Translations under genes and position numbers: made by a program
Shown: positions 9,318-18,013 of the stretch, in pieces
Numbering within the stretch: the stretch's first letter is position 1
Layout of the letters: each line of letters starts with the position of its first letter
Source: Candidatus Multivoradales bacterium
GTDB taxonomy: Bacteria; Acidobacteriota; Thermoanaerobaculia; Multivoradales; JAHEKO01
Reading direction: 5' to 3'
Assembly: GCA_965223155.1 (NCBI GenBank)
Contig: CBDCVR010000015.1
Span: 704,001 to 768,000, forward strand
DNA: 64,000 bases
Notes under the pieces: model-generated
Seen by the model: the letters and a program-made list of their open reading frames with translations, nothing else
Database searches by the model: none
Told to the model about the DNA's origin: nothing

Positions 9318-10051
9318 CGGCTCGTTCTCACCGCGGCCCGCGCATCGCCGCCCAGCAACGGCGGCGTCTCCAAGCCCGCCAGGCTCTGCTCCACCTTGTC
9401 CTGACCGGTAATCGCCGGACAGCTGGCGACGGCACCGCAGAGAATGAGATGCCGCATGGATCGAGCCAGCTCTCGGGCATCACCGTGGCGCTTCGGCTGA
9501 TACCAACTGTAGAGCCAATTCAGCATGCCGAACAAAGAAAAGGTGATGCGCTCGACTTCGGCTTCGCTAGGAACGAGGTGGGGAGGGCGCCTGTTCGCGC
9601 CGGGCTGACCGCAACCCTCTGCGACCACGTCGGCAATCACCGCCTGGCCAACTTCGAAATACGCGGTCTTGAGCTCGCGGATCCGTCGTCGCTTGGCGGC
9701 CGGCAAGGATCCTGCCTCGTGGATCAAGACGCGCATGACGTCCCCGTGGGTCGTGCAGTAGTTGACGTGATTCAGAATGAAGACGTAGAGACGCGAGCTC
9801 GCTGCATCCACGTCTTCGAGAGCGTGCTCGGCGGCCCCGATCAACGTTTCGAAGGCCTCCTTCTGCAAGGCAAACAGGATCTCCTCTTTCGATGAGAAGT
9901 AGTTGTACGCCGTCGCGAGGCTTCGACCCGTAGCCTTGGCGAGCGCCCGCATGGACATGCCGTGGTAACCGTGCTCCGCGATGAAGCGGGCGGCGGCCTC
10001 GAGAATCTTCCGGCGCTGATCCAGGTTCTGGCGAGGGTTGCCGCGGCTCAT
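9314..10051 (-). CDS. TetR/AcrR-family regulator, probably sensing a CoA thioester
   Basis: N-terminal HTH (GYHGMSMRALA...YNYFSSKEEI), GMLNWLYSWY; first gene of the had-oah-dch-bcr operon. Confidence 0.92.
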   Translation of the reverse strand: MSRGNPRQNLDQRRKILEAAARFIAEHGYHGMSMRALAKATGRSLATAYNYFSSKEEILFALQKEAFETLIGAAEHALEDVDAASSRLYVFILNHVNYCTTHGDVMRVLIHEAGSLPAAKRRRIRELKTAYFEVGQAVIADVVAEGCGQPGANRRPPHLVPSEAEVERITFSLFGMLNWLYSWYQPKRHGDARELARSMRHLILCGAVASCPAITGQDKVEQSLAGLETPPLLGGDARAAVRTSR

Positions 10052-10057
10052 GGCCTC

Positions 10058-10086
10058 AGCCTAGTTAACGAACGTTCGTTAGTCAA
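10058..10086 (-). promoter_or_regulatory. Sigma70 promoter TTGACT-17-TAGGCT with a perfect 16-bp palindromic operator TAACGAACGTTCGTTA (10066-10081)
   Basis: Read directly; the -10 lies 6 bp before the tetR ATG (leaderless). Confidence 0.8.
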
Positions 10087-10121
10087 CAGTGGTAGCCTCC
10101 AGAACAAAGGAGCCATCCCCA

Positions 10122-10718
10122 ATGAACGAAGCAACCCCCCAATCGTCGCTAGGGCCCACCGAGGAGCTAACGAACGACCATCGGGTGATCCAACGGGTCC
10201 TCAACGTCCTCGAGATCCTGGTAACCCGAGCCCGCAGTGGCGGCGGTTTCGAGGCCGACGCCTTTGGCAGCGCCGTCGAGTTTTTCCGACTCTTCGCCGA
10301 TGCCTGTCATCACGCCAAGGAGGAGGACCTGCTCTTTCCCGTTCTCGAGAAACGAGGCGTGCCCAGAGAAGGCGGCCCGATCGGCGTCATGCTCGACGAG
10401 CACCGGATGGCTCGCGAGCACACCGCCCGGATGCACCATGCGCTGGTCGACCGGGCAACAGGTGGCGACCAGGCCGCTACCGCGGAAGAGCGCCTCTTGA
10501 GCGCCGCCGAGGACTACCTACAGCTACTTCGAGCGCACATCTTCAAAGAAGACAACGTTCTCTTCCGCATGGGCGACCAGGTCCTGACCGAGAGCGATCG
10601 CGAGAGCCTGACAGGGCAATTCTGTGACGTGCGCTGTCGCGCTTTCGACGGCAAGACCCGCGAGCAACTCGAATCGATCGCCACCGACCTCGAAGCCACC
10701 TGGAGTCCAAGCGAGTAG
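10122..10718 (+). CDS. Hemerythrin-domain protein
   Basis: L..DH..I, HHAKEEDLLFP, EH, HIFKEDNVLF; AAAGGAG RBS. Confidence 0.9.
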   Translation: MNEATPQSSLGPTEELTNDHRVIQRVLNVLEILVTRARSGGGFEADAFGSAVEFFRLFADACHHAKEEDLLFPVLEKRGVPREGGPIGVMLDEHRMAREHTARMHHALVDRATGGDQAATAEERLLSAAEDYLQLLRAHIFKEDNVLFRMGDQVLTESDRESLTGQFCDVRCRAFDGKTREQLESIATDLEATWSPSE

Positions 10719-10849
10719 GCCCGTTCCGAGAACACCGAGGACACCCCCTGGCGCCCAGTGATGGTGCCAGGAGACCTAGCCTCCTGCGAGTAGAAGGCTC
10801 TACCGATGCCGCTCGAACGGGCAGATGAGTCTTCTGGTACCCGTGGCCG

Positions 10850-11258
10850 TCACCGTGGGGCACGCCGGTGGATGAAGCCGAAGAGTAATCCGACAAGGGT
10901 GAATTGCAGCGCCACGTAGAGGGTCTCGACGACGATCCAAGTCGAAAGCGGCTCGATCGGGTGCTTCGCGGCAGCCGCCAGCACTTGGAGGCTCCAGAGA
11001 AAGATGCCGGCGAAAAGCCCGAAGCGCAGACCATCGCGCAACCAGCTCTCGCCGTCCTGGAACCGCGGATAGAACCAGCCAAAAAGGAGACCCTGCACGA
11101 GAATGGTGACGAATCCGAGCGCCACGATCGGCTCCTCGCGGCCAAAGCCGCCCAGACGATGGTAGAGATCGGGCAGCCAGAACGAGATGCCAGACGTACG
11201 CCAGAGGGAACGTCACCAGGGCATAGGCGAGAGCCGACAGGAGGGTCTTCCGCGTCAT
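10850..11258 (-). pseudogene. Four-TM membrane protein split by a frameshift near 11175
   Basis: MTRKTLLSALAYALVTFPLAYVWHLVL continues in another frame as LPDLYHRLGGFGREEPIVALGFVTILVQG... Confidence 0.7.
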
Positions 11259-11369
11259 CCGATTCCTCACTTGCAATCCGCAAGTGCCACTGTAGAACAG
11301 CGCGCCGGAGGAGGGAAAGCAACCCGTCCCCTCTCTCTACCGATCTCCAGCCTGAGACCGAGACGTTGC

Positions 11370-11633
11370 TCAGTTCTTCGCCATGAAGATCCCGGCCAGC
11401 CCTCCGATTCCGGCGCCGAGGGCGCCCTAGAGAGCGTCGGCGACCGGCCGCGCGAACGCGGGAAGTAGCACGGCACCGAGCGCCAACAGGAGAGTCACGA
11501 CACCCAGAAAGACGACCGCCCAGTTGTAGGTCTCGGAGGGCAGGTGCTCCGCCAGACCCTCGCTGACGGTCTCCTGAAGAGCCTCCGGAATGTCGAGCTT
11601 TCTCGCGACCACGCGCGCTTTCTGAATCTGCAT
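11370..11633 (-). pseudogene. Small two-TM membrane protein with an in-frame TAG at 11429-11427
   Basis: Strong RBS AAGAGGAGG; the frame continues after TAG as GALGAGIGGLAGIFMAKN-TGA. Confidence 0.6.
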
Positions 11634-11710
11634 CCCTAGCCTCCTCTTGGCTGTCTGAAGCTAGAGACGGACGCGACCGAGATCTTTCTCAGGCGCGCCA
11701 GGGCCGGCAG

Positions 11711-11745
11711 GTCGCGGTGTCGTCGCAGTGGGTGTCGTCGCGGTG
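11711..11745. repeat. Tandem 15-bp direct repeat GGTGTCGTCGC(A/G)GTG x2, plus a partial copy
   Basis: 11716-11730 and 11731-11745, 1 mismatch; upstream of the gene starting at 11633. Confidence 0.7.
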
Positions 11746-11785
11746 ACAGGATACCTATTCCCCCGCTATGGAAGACGGCCCTCTT

Positions 11786-11824
11786 TCGGGTGATTCTTGA
11801 TCGCCACTGTGCCATGAGTGTGCC
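11786..11824. repeat. 39-bp direct repeat, copy 1 (islet end, contains TGTGCC x2 resembling integrase arm sites)
   Basis: 38/39 identical to 19572-19610. Confidence 0.9.
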
Positions 11825-11851
11825 GCAGAGAAACCTCTGAAAAGGAGCGAG

Positions 11852-12202
11852 TCAGGGTTTGTCAGCTTCCTCCAGGAGTGACTCGACAGTTCTCAGAAGA
11901 GTGGGCAGATCGTCCTGAATCAGGTGCCAGACGATTTCGTGATCGATCGTGTCGTAGCCGTGCGCGAGGATATTCCGGAACGCGACAATCCGTGGCGTGT
12001 CGCCGATCCTGCCTGCAGTCTCTTCGTCGGTACTCCGCAACCGGCGAAGCGCTTCGCCGATAATCTCGAAGTTTCGCTCCACGCCCTGCCGAAGCAGCCG
12101 ATCCTCCAGGTATTCGGCTAGCTCCTTCCGACTCGTAACCTCGAGGACGAACGCCGCTGCGTCCCGGATGTCTTCGAGATGCTTCGGTGAGTCAGGCCGC
12201 AT
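11852..12202 (-). CDS. hepT: HepT-like HEPN ribonuclease toxin (DUF86)
   Basis: ERNFEIIGEA and RNILAHGY (RX4HXY); overlaps the antitoxin stop. Confidence 0.9.
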   Translation of the reverse strand: MRPDSPKHLEDIRDAAAFVLEVTSRKELAEYLEDRLLRQGVERNFEIIGEALRRLRSTDEETAGRIGDTPRIVAFRNILAHGYDTIDHEIVWHLIQDDLPTLLRTVESLLEEADKP

Positions 12203-12500
12203 ACAGCAACTGACGAGTCGCCTCGACCGAGCGAATGAAATACGGATTCCGCAAAGACTTTCGCGTCACCAAGTCGATCTCTCGTTCGAAGAGTTCTTCG
12301 AGGCCACTCAACAGGCCGAAGTACTGATCTGCAAGAGTCATTGCTTCGGAATCACGGAACTCAACGAGGAAATCCAGGTCGCTCGTTTCCGCATCGAAAC
12401 GATCGCCCGTTGCCGAGCCAAAAAGATCCAGGCGCTCAACATTCAGCCGGCGGCAGAGATCCGCCATGGCCTCTCGGTTTGCTTCGATAGCAGGTGGCAT
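12192..12500 (-). CDS. mntA: MntA-like minimal nucleotidyltransferase antitoxin
   Basis: LFGS...SDLD (GSX10DXD-like), IDLVT, LRNPYF. Confidence 0.9.
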   Translation of the reverse strand: MPPAIEANREAMADLCRRLNVERLDLFGSATGDRFDAETSDLDFLVEFRDSEAMTLADQYFGLLSGLEELFEREIDLVTRKSLRNPYFIRSVEATRQLLYAA

Positions 12501-12564
12501 GGTTCCGGGCTCCCTTCAAATCCATTCTATCTTCCGGGCAGAGGCAGGCTCTCGTCGCGCGCGG

Positions 12565-12914
12565 ATTCCACCGTCGCTATTGCCTTCGTCGATCCTCGCC
12601 CTTTCCCGTCCGCTCCAGGCGACATCGCCCGGACTTGGTACACGTACCGACCGCTCGAAAAGCAGTTCGTGTGGGTTGCTGTCGATCGGCAGGGGCACTT
12701 TGACCACTTGCAGGGCGGTTTCCACGACGGCCGACTGGTGCTCACCGAGATCCGTCCTCAACCTTGGCGCGATGGCGGCACAATGATGTACCGGCGCACC
12801 TACCAGAACATCCAGGACGATTCCCATGAGGTCCTGATGGAGTACTCACGAGACGAGGGGACGACCTGGATCTTGTTCAGTCGCCAGCTCGAACGGCGCG
12901 TGGAGGACAAGTAG
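12565..12914 (+). pseudogene. 5'-truncated DUF1579-like beta-barrel gene fragment
   Basis: TWYTYRP...WVAVDRQG...RRTYQNI...EYSRDEGTTW resembles the paralogs at 14.6-19.1 kb; no start codon or signal peptide. Confidence 0.6.
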
Positions 12915-12917
12915 GAA

Positions 12918-14417
12918 CTACGTGTCCTGCGAAGACACGGGATCTGCGTCCAGATCCCTGGTAACGGCGTCGAGCCCAGCCTCGCGTAGGAGCTCCCGAT
13001 AGCGGGGCTCGCCAAGGAGCCTCGAAGCGTTGGCGTTCCGAGGGATGAAGATAAGCAGGGGACGACGCTCTCGAGCCGCCAGCTCGAGCCAGGCCAGCGC
13101 GCGGTTTTTGTCCCCGAGGACGAGGTAGTACGTCGCGATTTCGACCTCGGGTGGTTCAGGCTGTCCGAGGAGTCGTTCGAGCTTCCAGGACACATAGGCT
13201 CGATAGGGATCCGCCGCGGCCGAGATCTTCTCGATCTCGGACTCCGAGCCTCCAGAGACCACCACCAGCTCCACCGCATGGATTCGAGCGGCGTCGTGGT
13301 CGCCGCTCGAGCTGTACGCCGTGACCAGGCAATCGCGAGCGTAGCGGTTCTCGGGATCGAGGCGTAGCGCCATCTCGCATTCCCGAGCTGCCTCTCGAAA
13401 CCGGCCCGCTCTCAACAGGAAATGGCCCGCGTCGCTGCGAAGGGCCATTGAATCGGGCTCGAGATCGACGGCCCGACGAACGGCCTCGATCGCCCGGTCG
13501 TGGCGACCGACGGCGGACTCGTACGCCGCCTGCGCAAGATGAGTCACCGGGTCTTCGGGGTCTAGCTCAAGGGCGCGCACCAACCTCTCGCCGGCTACGT
13601 GAACATCCCAGTCGAAAGTCAGGGCGACCATTGCCAGGACGCGATGCGCGACCGCCGAGCCCGAGTCGAGCTCGAGAGCTCGCTCCGCGGCTTGGCGAGC
13701 TTCCTCGACGTCTAGAGTCACCGCCGAGCGCACCGCCAGGCGGGCACTTGCCTCGGCCAGGTAGGCATGCGCGGGCGCGAACTCCGGGACCTCGATGGCC
13801 AGCGCGCGGAGGAGTTGCCGCGCCCGCGCGAGGTCGCCGCCCATCGTCGCCATGAGCGAGCGCGCCTCGACGTAGCTGGCCCTCGCCTCAGGGCTCTGGG
13901 GCATCGGCTCGAGATCCACAGTGGGTGGTCCGCCCGGCCAGCCTCCCATCCAAAGCCATCCGATCACTCCGAGAAACACCGCCAGGGTAACCCCAAGTGC
14001 GAGCGTCGGCATGGGTCGCGTAGCAGGCTGCCCGCCTCCTTCGCCCGACGGCAGGACGAGGCGTGGAGGCCCGTCCGTTGATCGAACGAGGGACTCCTCC
14101 ACCCTGAGCCGGTAGCCCAGACGGGGCACCGTCTGCAGAAGTGCATGATCGCTATCGGCCACTTCGCGGAGTGCCACGCGGAGCTTTCGAACCGCCGTGT
14201 TCAGCCCCGCCTCGCGGTCCACGTGAATCTCGGTGGGCCAAAGGGAATCGTAGAGCTCCGCTCGGGTGACCACCTGCCCCGGCCGTTCGAGAAACGTCAG
14301 CAACAGCCGGAATGGCTTCTCTTGCAGCGAGACCTCCCGGCCCTCGTACGACAACTCGCGTGTCTCCAGGTCGATCGTGTATTCATCGAACTTGATGGCT
14401 CGTGAACGCGGCATCAT
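12918..14417 (-). CDS. Membrane-anchored one-component regulator: OmpR/CadC-type winged helix, TM segment, TPR repeats
   Basis: LQEKPFRLL..LERPGQVVTRAEL...LNTAVRKLR...TVPRLGYRL; hydrophobic TM; TPR motifs (ALELDP). Confidence 0.9.
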   Translation of the reverse strand: MMPRSRAIKFDEYTIDLETRELSYEGREVSLQEKPFRLLLTFLERPGQVVTRAELYDSLWPTEIHVDREAGLNTAVRKLRVALREVADSDHALLQTVPRLGYRLRVEESLVRSTDGPPRLVLPSGEGGGQPATRPMPTLALGVTLAVFLGVIGWLWMGGWPGGPPTVDLEPMPQSPEARASYVEARSLMATMGGDLARARQLLRALAIEVPEFAPAHAYLAEASARLAVRSAVTLDVEEARQAAERALELDSGSAVAHRVLAMVALTFDWDVHVAGERLVRALELDPEDPVTHLAQAAYESAVGRHDRAIEAVRRAVDLEPDSMALRSDAGHFLLRAGRFREAARECEMALRLDPENRYARDCLVTAYSSSGDHDAARIHAVELVVVSGGSESEIEKISAAADPYRAYVSWKLERLLGQPEPPEVEIATYYLVLGDKNRALAWLELAARERRPLLIFIPRNANASRLLGEPRYRELLREAGLDAVTRDLDADPVSSQDT

Positions 14418-14477
14418 GCGGAGATACTACCGTTCGTTCCAAAGCGTCCCGCCTCCGGGCGCGCAGCGAGCAACCGC

Positions 14478-14496
14478 CGGTTTAGAAACGGTTCAG
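14478..14496. promoter_or_regulatory. Candidate wHTH operator: CGGTTTAG-N3-CGGTTCAG (11-bp period)
   Basis: Direct repeat in the divergent intergenic region. Confidence 0.4.
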
Positions 14497-14598
14497 CGGA
14501 AAAGCCTGGACAGCGCGGGTCTCGAGTGCTTTATTCAGCTGCAGCTCGCCGAATCCGGCGTGCGAGCTCAGGTACGTTCAAGAAGGCGGGATGTTCCC

Positions 14599-15741
14599 AT
14601 GAGGCAAGAGCCAGTCAACCGCGGAAGGAATCCGAACGACCTGTCGGAGGCGTCGCGGGCCGCCCTGATCAAGCACGCTCTGATCGCGTTGATGGTGCTG
14701 GCGGTCGCCACTTCAACGCTCGCCCAGCCGCCGAAAGTCGAGCCCTCTCCGGAGCTCCAGCGGCTGCACTTCCAACTCGGTAGCTGGTTGACGACGACCC
14801 GAACTCTCGACAGGAACGGCGAAGAAGTCTCAACACGACGGGGCCGCGCCGAGATCCGGCTCGAACACGGTGGGCTCATGATCCACATCCTAGTCTACCC
14901 GCAGGAGGGGGACGAGCCTGTCTGGAGGATCTGGCACTTCCACGATCGCTACGACGGCAAACTCCACGATGTCAGTTTCGACGCTGTAGGCCACTTCGAA
15001 CATCGCGAAGAGACGAACGGGGACGGGAAGCTCGCGTTCGCCTTCCCCGAGCCCAGGGCGTTTCAGGATGGCGTGCCGCGCAACTGGCGAAAGACCTACT
15101 CGGGGATCACGGCCGACTCGTTCCAGCTTCTATGGGACTACACGGAGGATGGTGAGACCTGGATCCCTATCTACGAAACGACCTATCGCCGCGAGGCAAG
15201 CGTCGAATCGAATCCAGGCGGCTCGTCGGAAGCTGCCCACACCGGCGAGCGTGGTCTGGGTTCGCTCGAGCCCTGGGTCGGCGTCTGGGTGTCTCGCCTC
15301 GACCCGAAGTACCGAGACCATCCCATGATCCAGCGCTTCAATCCGGAGCTCAAGAGCCAGGAGTTACGTCTGAGCCGGGGAATTACCGGAGACACGCTCG
15401 ATCTCGAGATCTGGCACCTCGATCGGCCGACAGATGGAGCTCGCATCCCTGCGACAGAAGGAATGGCCGTTCGGGATCCGGCGGACGGTTCGATGGCTCT
15501 GATCGAGTACGGTGCCGAGCAGAGGATCTTTCACCAGGGTCATTACGAGGTTCAACCGAACGGCGACCTGCACCGCACCTACGAGGCGTTCTTTCCGGAC
15601 GGCAGCTCGCGGCGCTTTCGCGAGCTCTGGCGCTGGAAAGACGCGCAGCGAAAGGAGTTCGAGTGGATCACCCAATGGCTCGAAGGCGACGACTGGATCT
15701 CGGGCGACGTCATTGTCGACTGGGTGCGACAGGAGCCGTGA
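14599..15741 (+). CDS. Secreted protein with two DUF1579-like (calycin-like) domains
   Basis: Signal-like segment ending STLA-Q; LHFQLGSW and LEPWVGVW domain starts; YTEDGETW. Confidence 0.72.
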   Translation: MRQEPVNRGRNPNDLSEASRAALIKHALIALMVLAVATSTLAQPPKVEPSPELQRLHFQLGSWLTTTRTLDRNGEEVSTRRGRAEIRLEHGGLMIHILVYPQEGDEPVWRIWHFHDRYDGKLHDVSFDAVGHFEHREETNGDGKLAFAFPEPRAFQDGVPRNWRKTYSGITADSFQLLWDYTEDGETWIPIYETTYRREASVESNPGGSSEAAHTGERGLGSLEPWVGVWVSRLDPKYRDHPMIQRFNPELKSQELRLSRGITGDTLDLEIWHLDRPTDGARIPATEGMAVRDPADGSMALIEYGAEQRIFHQGHYEVQPNGDLHRTYEAFFPDGSSRRFRELWRWKDAQRKEFEWITQWLEGDDWISGDVIVDWVRQEP

Positions 15742-16295
15742 GACCGCTGGCTTGTTGGCTGGCGGTGGGACTACTCCTCTCGGCCGCTCTCGGAGCCGAG
15801 GGTTCCCCCGAAAGCGGTCCACCGGCCTGGGCGCTCGAAGAGATCGAGAGCACGGAAGGACGATGGGTCGCCGATAACAGTCGTTACAAGAGCGCCGACG
15901 AGCCGTACGATGCATACGGGCTCGAATGGCGCTCGGCGGCCGGAAATCGGAGCCTACGCGGGCGGCTCTTCGCCATCCGGGGCACCGAGGAGGTGGGGAC
16001 CCTCTGGGAGTACCGCCTTTTCTGGCACCCAGAGCGGCGATCGCTCTGGCTCTTCCAGTTCGGTACGGACGGTGCGTTCGGCGAAGGTGCGTTGGAGCGC
16101 ACCGGGCCGGGGTCTACAGAGCTCGTTCAGACCTTCCACTCCCCCAGCGGCTCGACGTGGCGATCGGGGCATCGGGAGGCGAAAGAGGCCGGGCGCCGCA
16201 CGACGGAGTCGTTTGCCATCGACGCCGAAGGCAACTGGAAGCCGCAGCGCGTCTATACCTGGCTGAAGCAAGACGAGGAGGGCACGGATGAGTAG
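15738..16295 (+). CDS. Secreted DUF1579-like protein
   Basis: GTGA overlap with the previous gene; signal peptide; EGRW, FWHP motifs. Confidence 0.7.
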   Translation: MRPLACWLAVGLLLSAALGAEGSPESGPPAWALEEIESTEGRWVADNSRYKSADEPYDAYGLEWRSAAGNRSLRGRLFAIRGTEEVGTLWEYRLFWHPERRSLWLFQFGTDGAFGEGALERTGPGSTELVQTFHSPSGSTWRSGHREAKEAGRRTTESFAIDAEGNWKPQRVYTWLKQDEEGTDE

Positions 16296-16851
16296 GCCTC
16301 ACGTGTTGCTCGCACTTGGCGCGGTCCTGCTGACCTGGCCCGCTTCCCTGAGTGCACAGTTCATGCGCAAGCCCACCGCAGAGGATCGCCGACTGGCATT
16401 CCTCGCAGGTGACTGGGTGGTCGAATCCACCATGTACATTCGCGGTGAGAGTCACCGACGAACAACCAGCGCCAAGTGCTACTGGGTCGTCGAGGCGCTC
16501 TGGCTGCAGTGCGACAGTGCGGGCAACTTTCCGGACGGACGGCGTATTCAGACCAGCGAGTGGCTCACCTGGGACCAGACCAAGGGTCACTACAGGAGTT
16601 ATCACATCGATCCCCAACTCACAGAGGCAATTAGAAGTATCGGCCGATGGACAGAAGACGGCACCCTGGAATTCGAGGCCAACTTCGTCTGGCGCGACGG
16701 CAACACCTACTACACGCGGGAGACGATCCGAAGGCGGGAGGACGGCTCCGTCGAGCGGACGAACTACATGTCGACGGATCCCGATCCGGAACGCTTCAAG
16801 CTCAACGGCAAATCGATCTTCCGCCGCACTCAAGCAAAGACCGATCCATGA
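16288..16851 (+). CDS. Secreted DUF1579-family protein
   Basis: Signal peptide (SLSA-Q); LAFLAGDW, LTWD...Y..YHID. Confidence 0.75.
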   Translation: MSRPHVLLALGAVLLTWPASLSAQFMRKPTAEDRRLAFLAGDWVVESTMYIRGESHRRTTSAKCYWVVEALWLQCDSAGNFPDGRRIQTSEWLTWDQTKGHYRSYHIDPQLTEAIRSIGRWTEDGTLEFEANFVWRDGNTYYTRETIRRREDGSVERTNYMSTDPDPERFKLNGKSIFRRTQAKTDP

Positions 16852-16888
16852 TCTCTGGTCGAGTGGCCAAACGGCGAGAAGACGTCCA

Positions 16889-17986
16889 ATGAGTAGGAGG
16901 ATCCCGGAGCTTTCGCTGGCGCTCATCTTCCTGGCGTCGCTCCCGGCGTTCACTTCGGGGGCGCGGGCGCAGCTCGCGCTGATGGAGCGAACCGCGGGCC
17001 ATGAACGCCTCGATTTCCTCCTCGGTAAGTGGTCCCACGAAGAGACCCAGACCATCCTGGGCGAAGGTACGACCGTGAGCTCGACGACGCGCTACGAGTG
17101 GCTTCCTGGTGGTGTGTGGCTCCGCGGCGAGGCGACGATCTGGGGACTTCCCGGGATCGACGTCCATCACGGCTGGGTCCAGGTGACCTACGACCCGGCG
17201 GCGGACGAGTACGTTCAGCTCTGGTCCGACAATCAGAGCTCGATCCTCTTCGTCAAGCGCGGCAGCTGGACCGACGAGACGACTCTCGCCCTCGAGGGAG
17301 CGCACGAATGGGGCGGCCAGACCGTCCACTCGAAGAACGTGTATCGCGTCCTCTCCGAGAACGAGTTCTCCCGCGAGTACCTCGTCTCCAATGACGGAGG
17401 CGTGACCTACGTCCGTCGGTCCCTCGCGCGCTTCACCCGCCATCGCTCGGACGAGCCGACCCAGAAAGCCCTTGACGCGGTGGGGTGGCTGATCGGAGAT
17501 TGGGAGGCACAGTTTCGACCACGCGGCGAGGATCAGCCGGCGCCCACGATGTCCTTCGAGTGGAGGGACGAGCGCCGATCCTACCTGCGGATGACTGGGA
17601 CTCGACCCACCTCGGATGGCCGGCTCGTGCCCGAGTACGAGACCTTCGCCGTCTGGCACCCGGTGCGGATGAAGTTCGTGTTTGTCGGCGCCTATCTTTC
17701 CGGGAAAGGCCGGGTCATCGAGGACGGCGACATCGATCTCCTCGACGACGGCAGCATCCGGCTGAACATGCGCGTCCACTATCCCGCAGCCGCGACCCTG
17801 CCATTCAGCGATGGCGCAGTGGCCGGCCCCGAGGGTCATACCCTCGAGTTTCGCCGGACGTTCCACCGCGACGGAGCAGAGGGCCTGCGCGGAGTGTTCC
17901 GGATCAAGCGCGGCGGCAACTGGGAGAACCCACACCCGGAGCTCGGGATGGGCGATGGCTATCCGTGGCGCCGGATCGACGGCTGA
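16889..17986 (+). CDS. Secreted protein with two DUF1579-like domains
   Basis: Signal peptide (ARA-Q); HERLDFLLGKW, TYDPAADEY...WSDN, SNDGG; second domain VGWLIGDW. Confidence 0.78.
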   Translation: MSRRIPELSLALIFLASLPAFTSGARAQLALMERTAGHERLDFLLGKWSHEETQTILGEGTTVSSTTRYEWLPGGVWLRGEATIWGLPGIDVHHGWVQVTYDPAADEYVQLWSDNQSSILFVKRGSWTDETTLALEGAHEWGGQTVHSKNVYRVLSENEFSREYLVSNDGGVTYVRRSLARFTRHRSDEPTQKALDAVGWLIGDWEAQFRPRGEDQPAPTMSFEWRDERRSYLRMTGTRPTSDGRLVPEYETFAVWHPVRMKFVFVGAYLSGKGRVIEDGDIDLLDDGSIRLNMRVHYPAAATLPFSDGAVAGPEGHTLEFRRTFHRDGAEGLRGVFRIKRGGNWENPHPELGMGDGYPWRRIDG

Positions 17987-18013
17987 TTCGGACGATGAGC
18001 TTGGAGGAGAACG

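Noticed and set aside
5234-9895. Long plus-strand ORFs opposite the bcr operon (likewise 33841-35358, 37109-39766, 44125-45549, 55190-57515)
   Set aside because: Antisense shadow ORFs typical of high-GC codon usage; no recognisable motifs, and they overlap well-supported genes.
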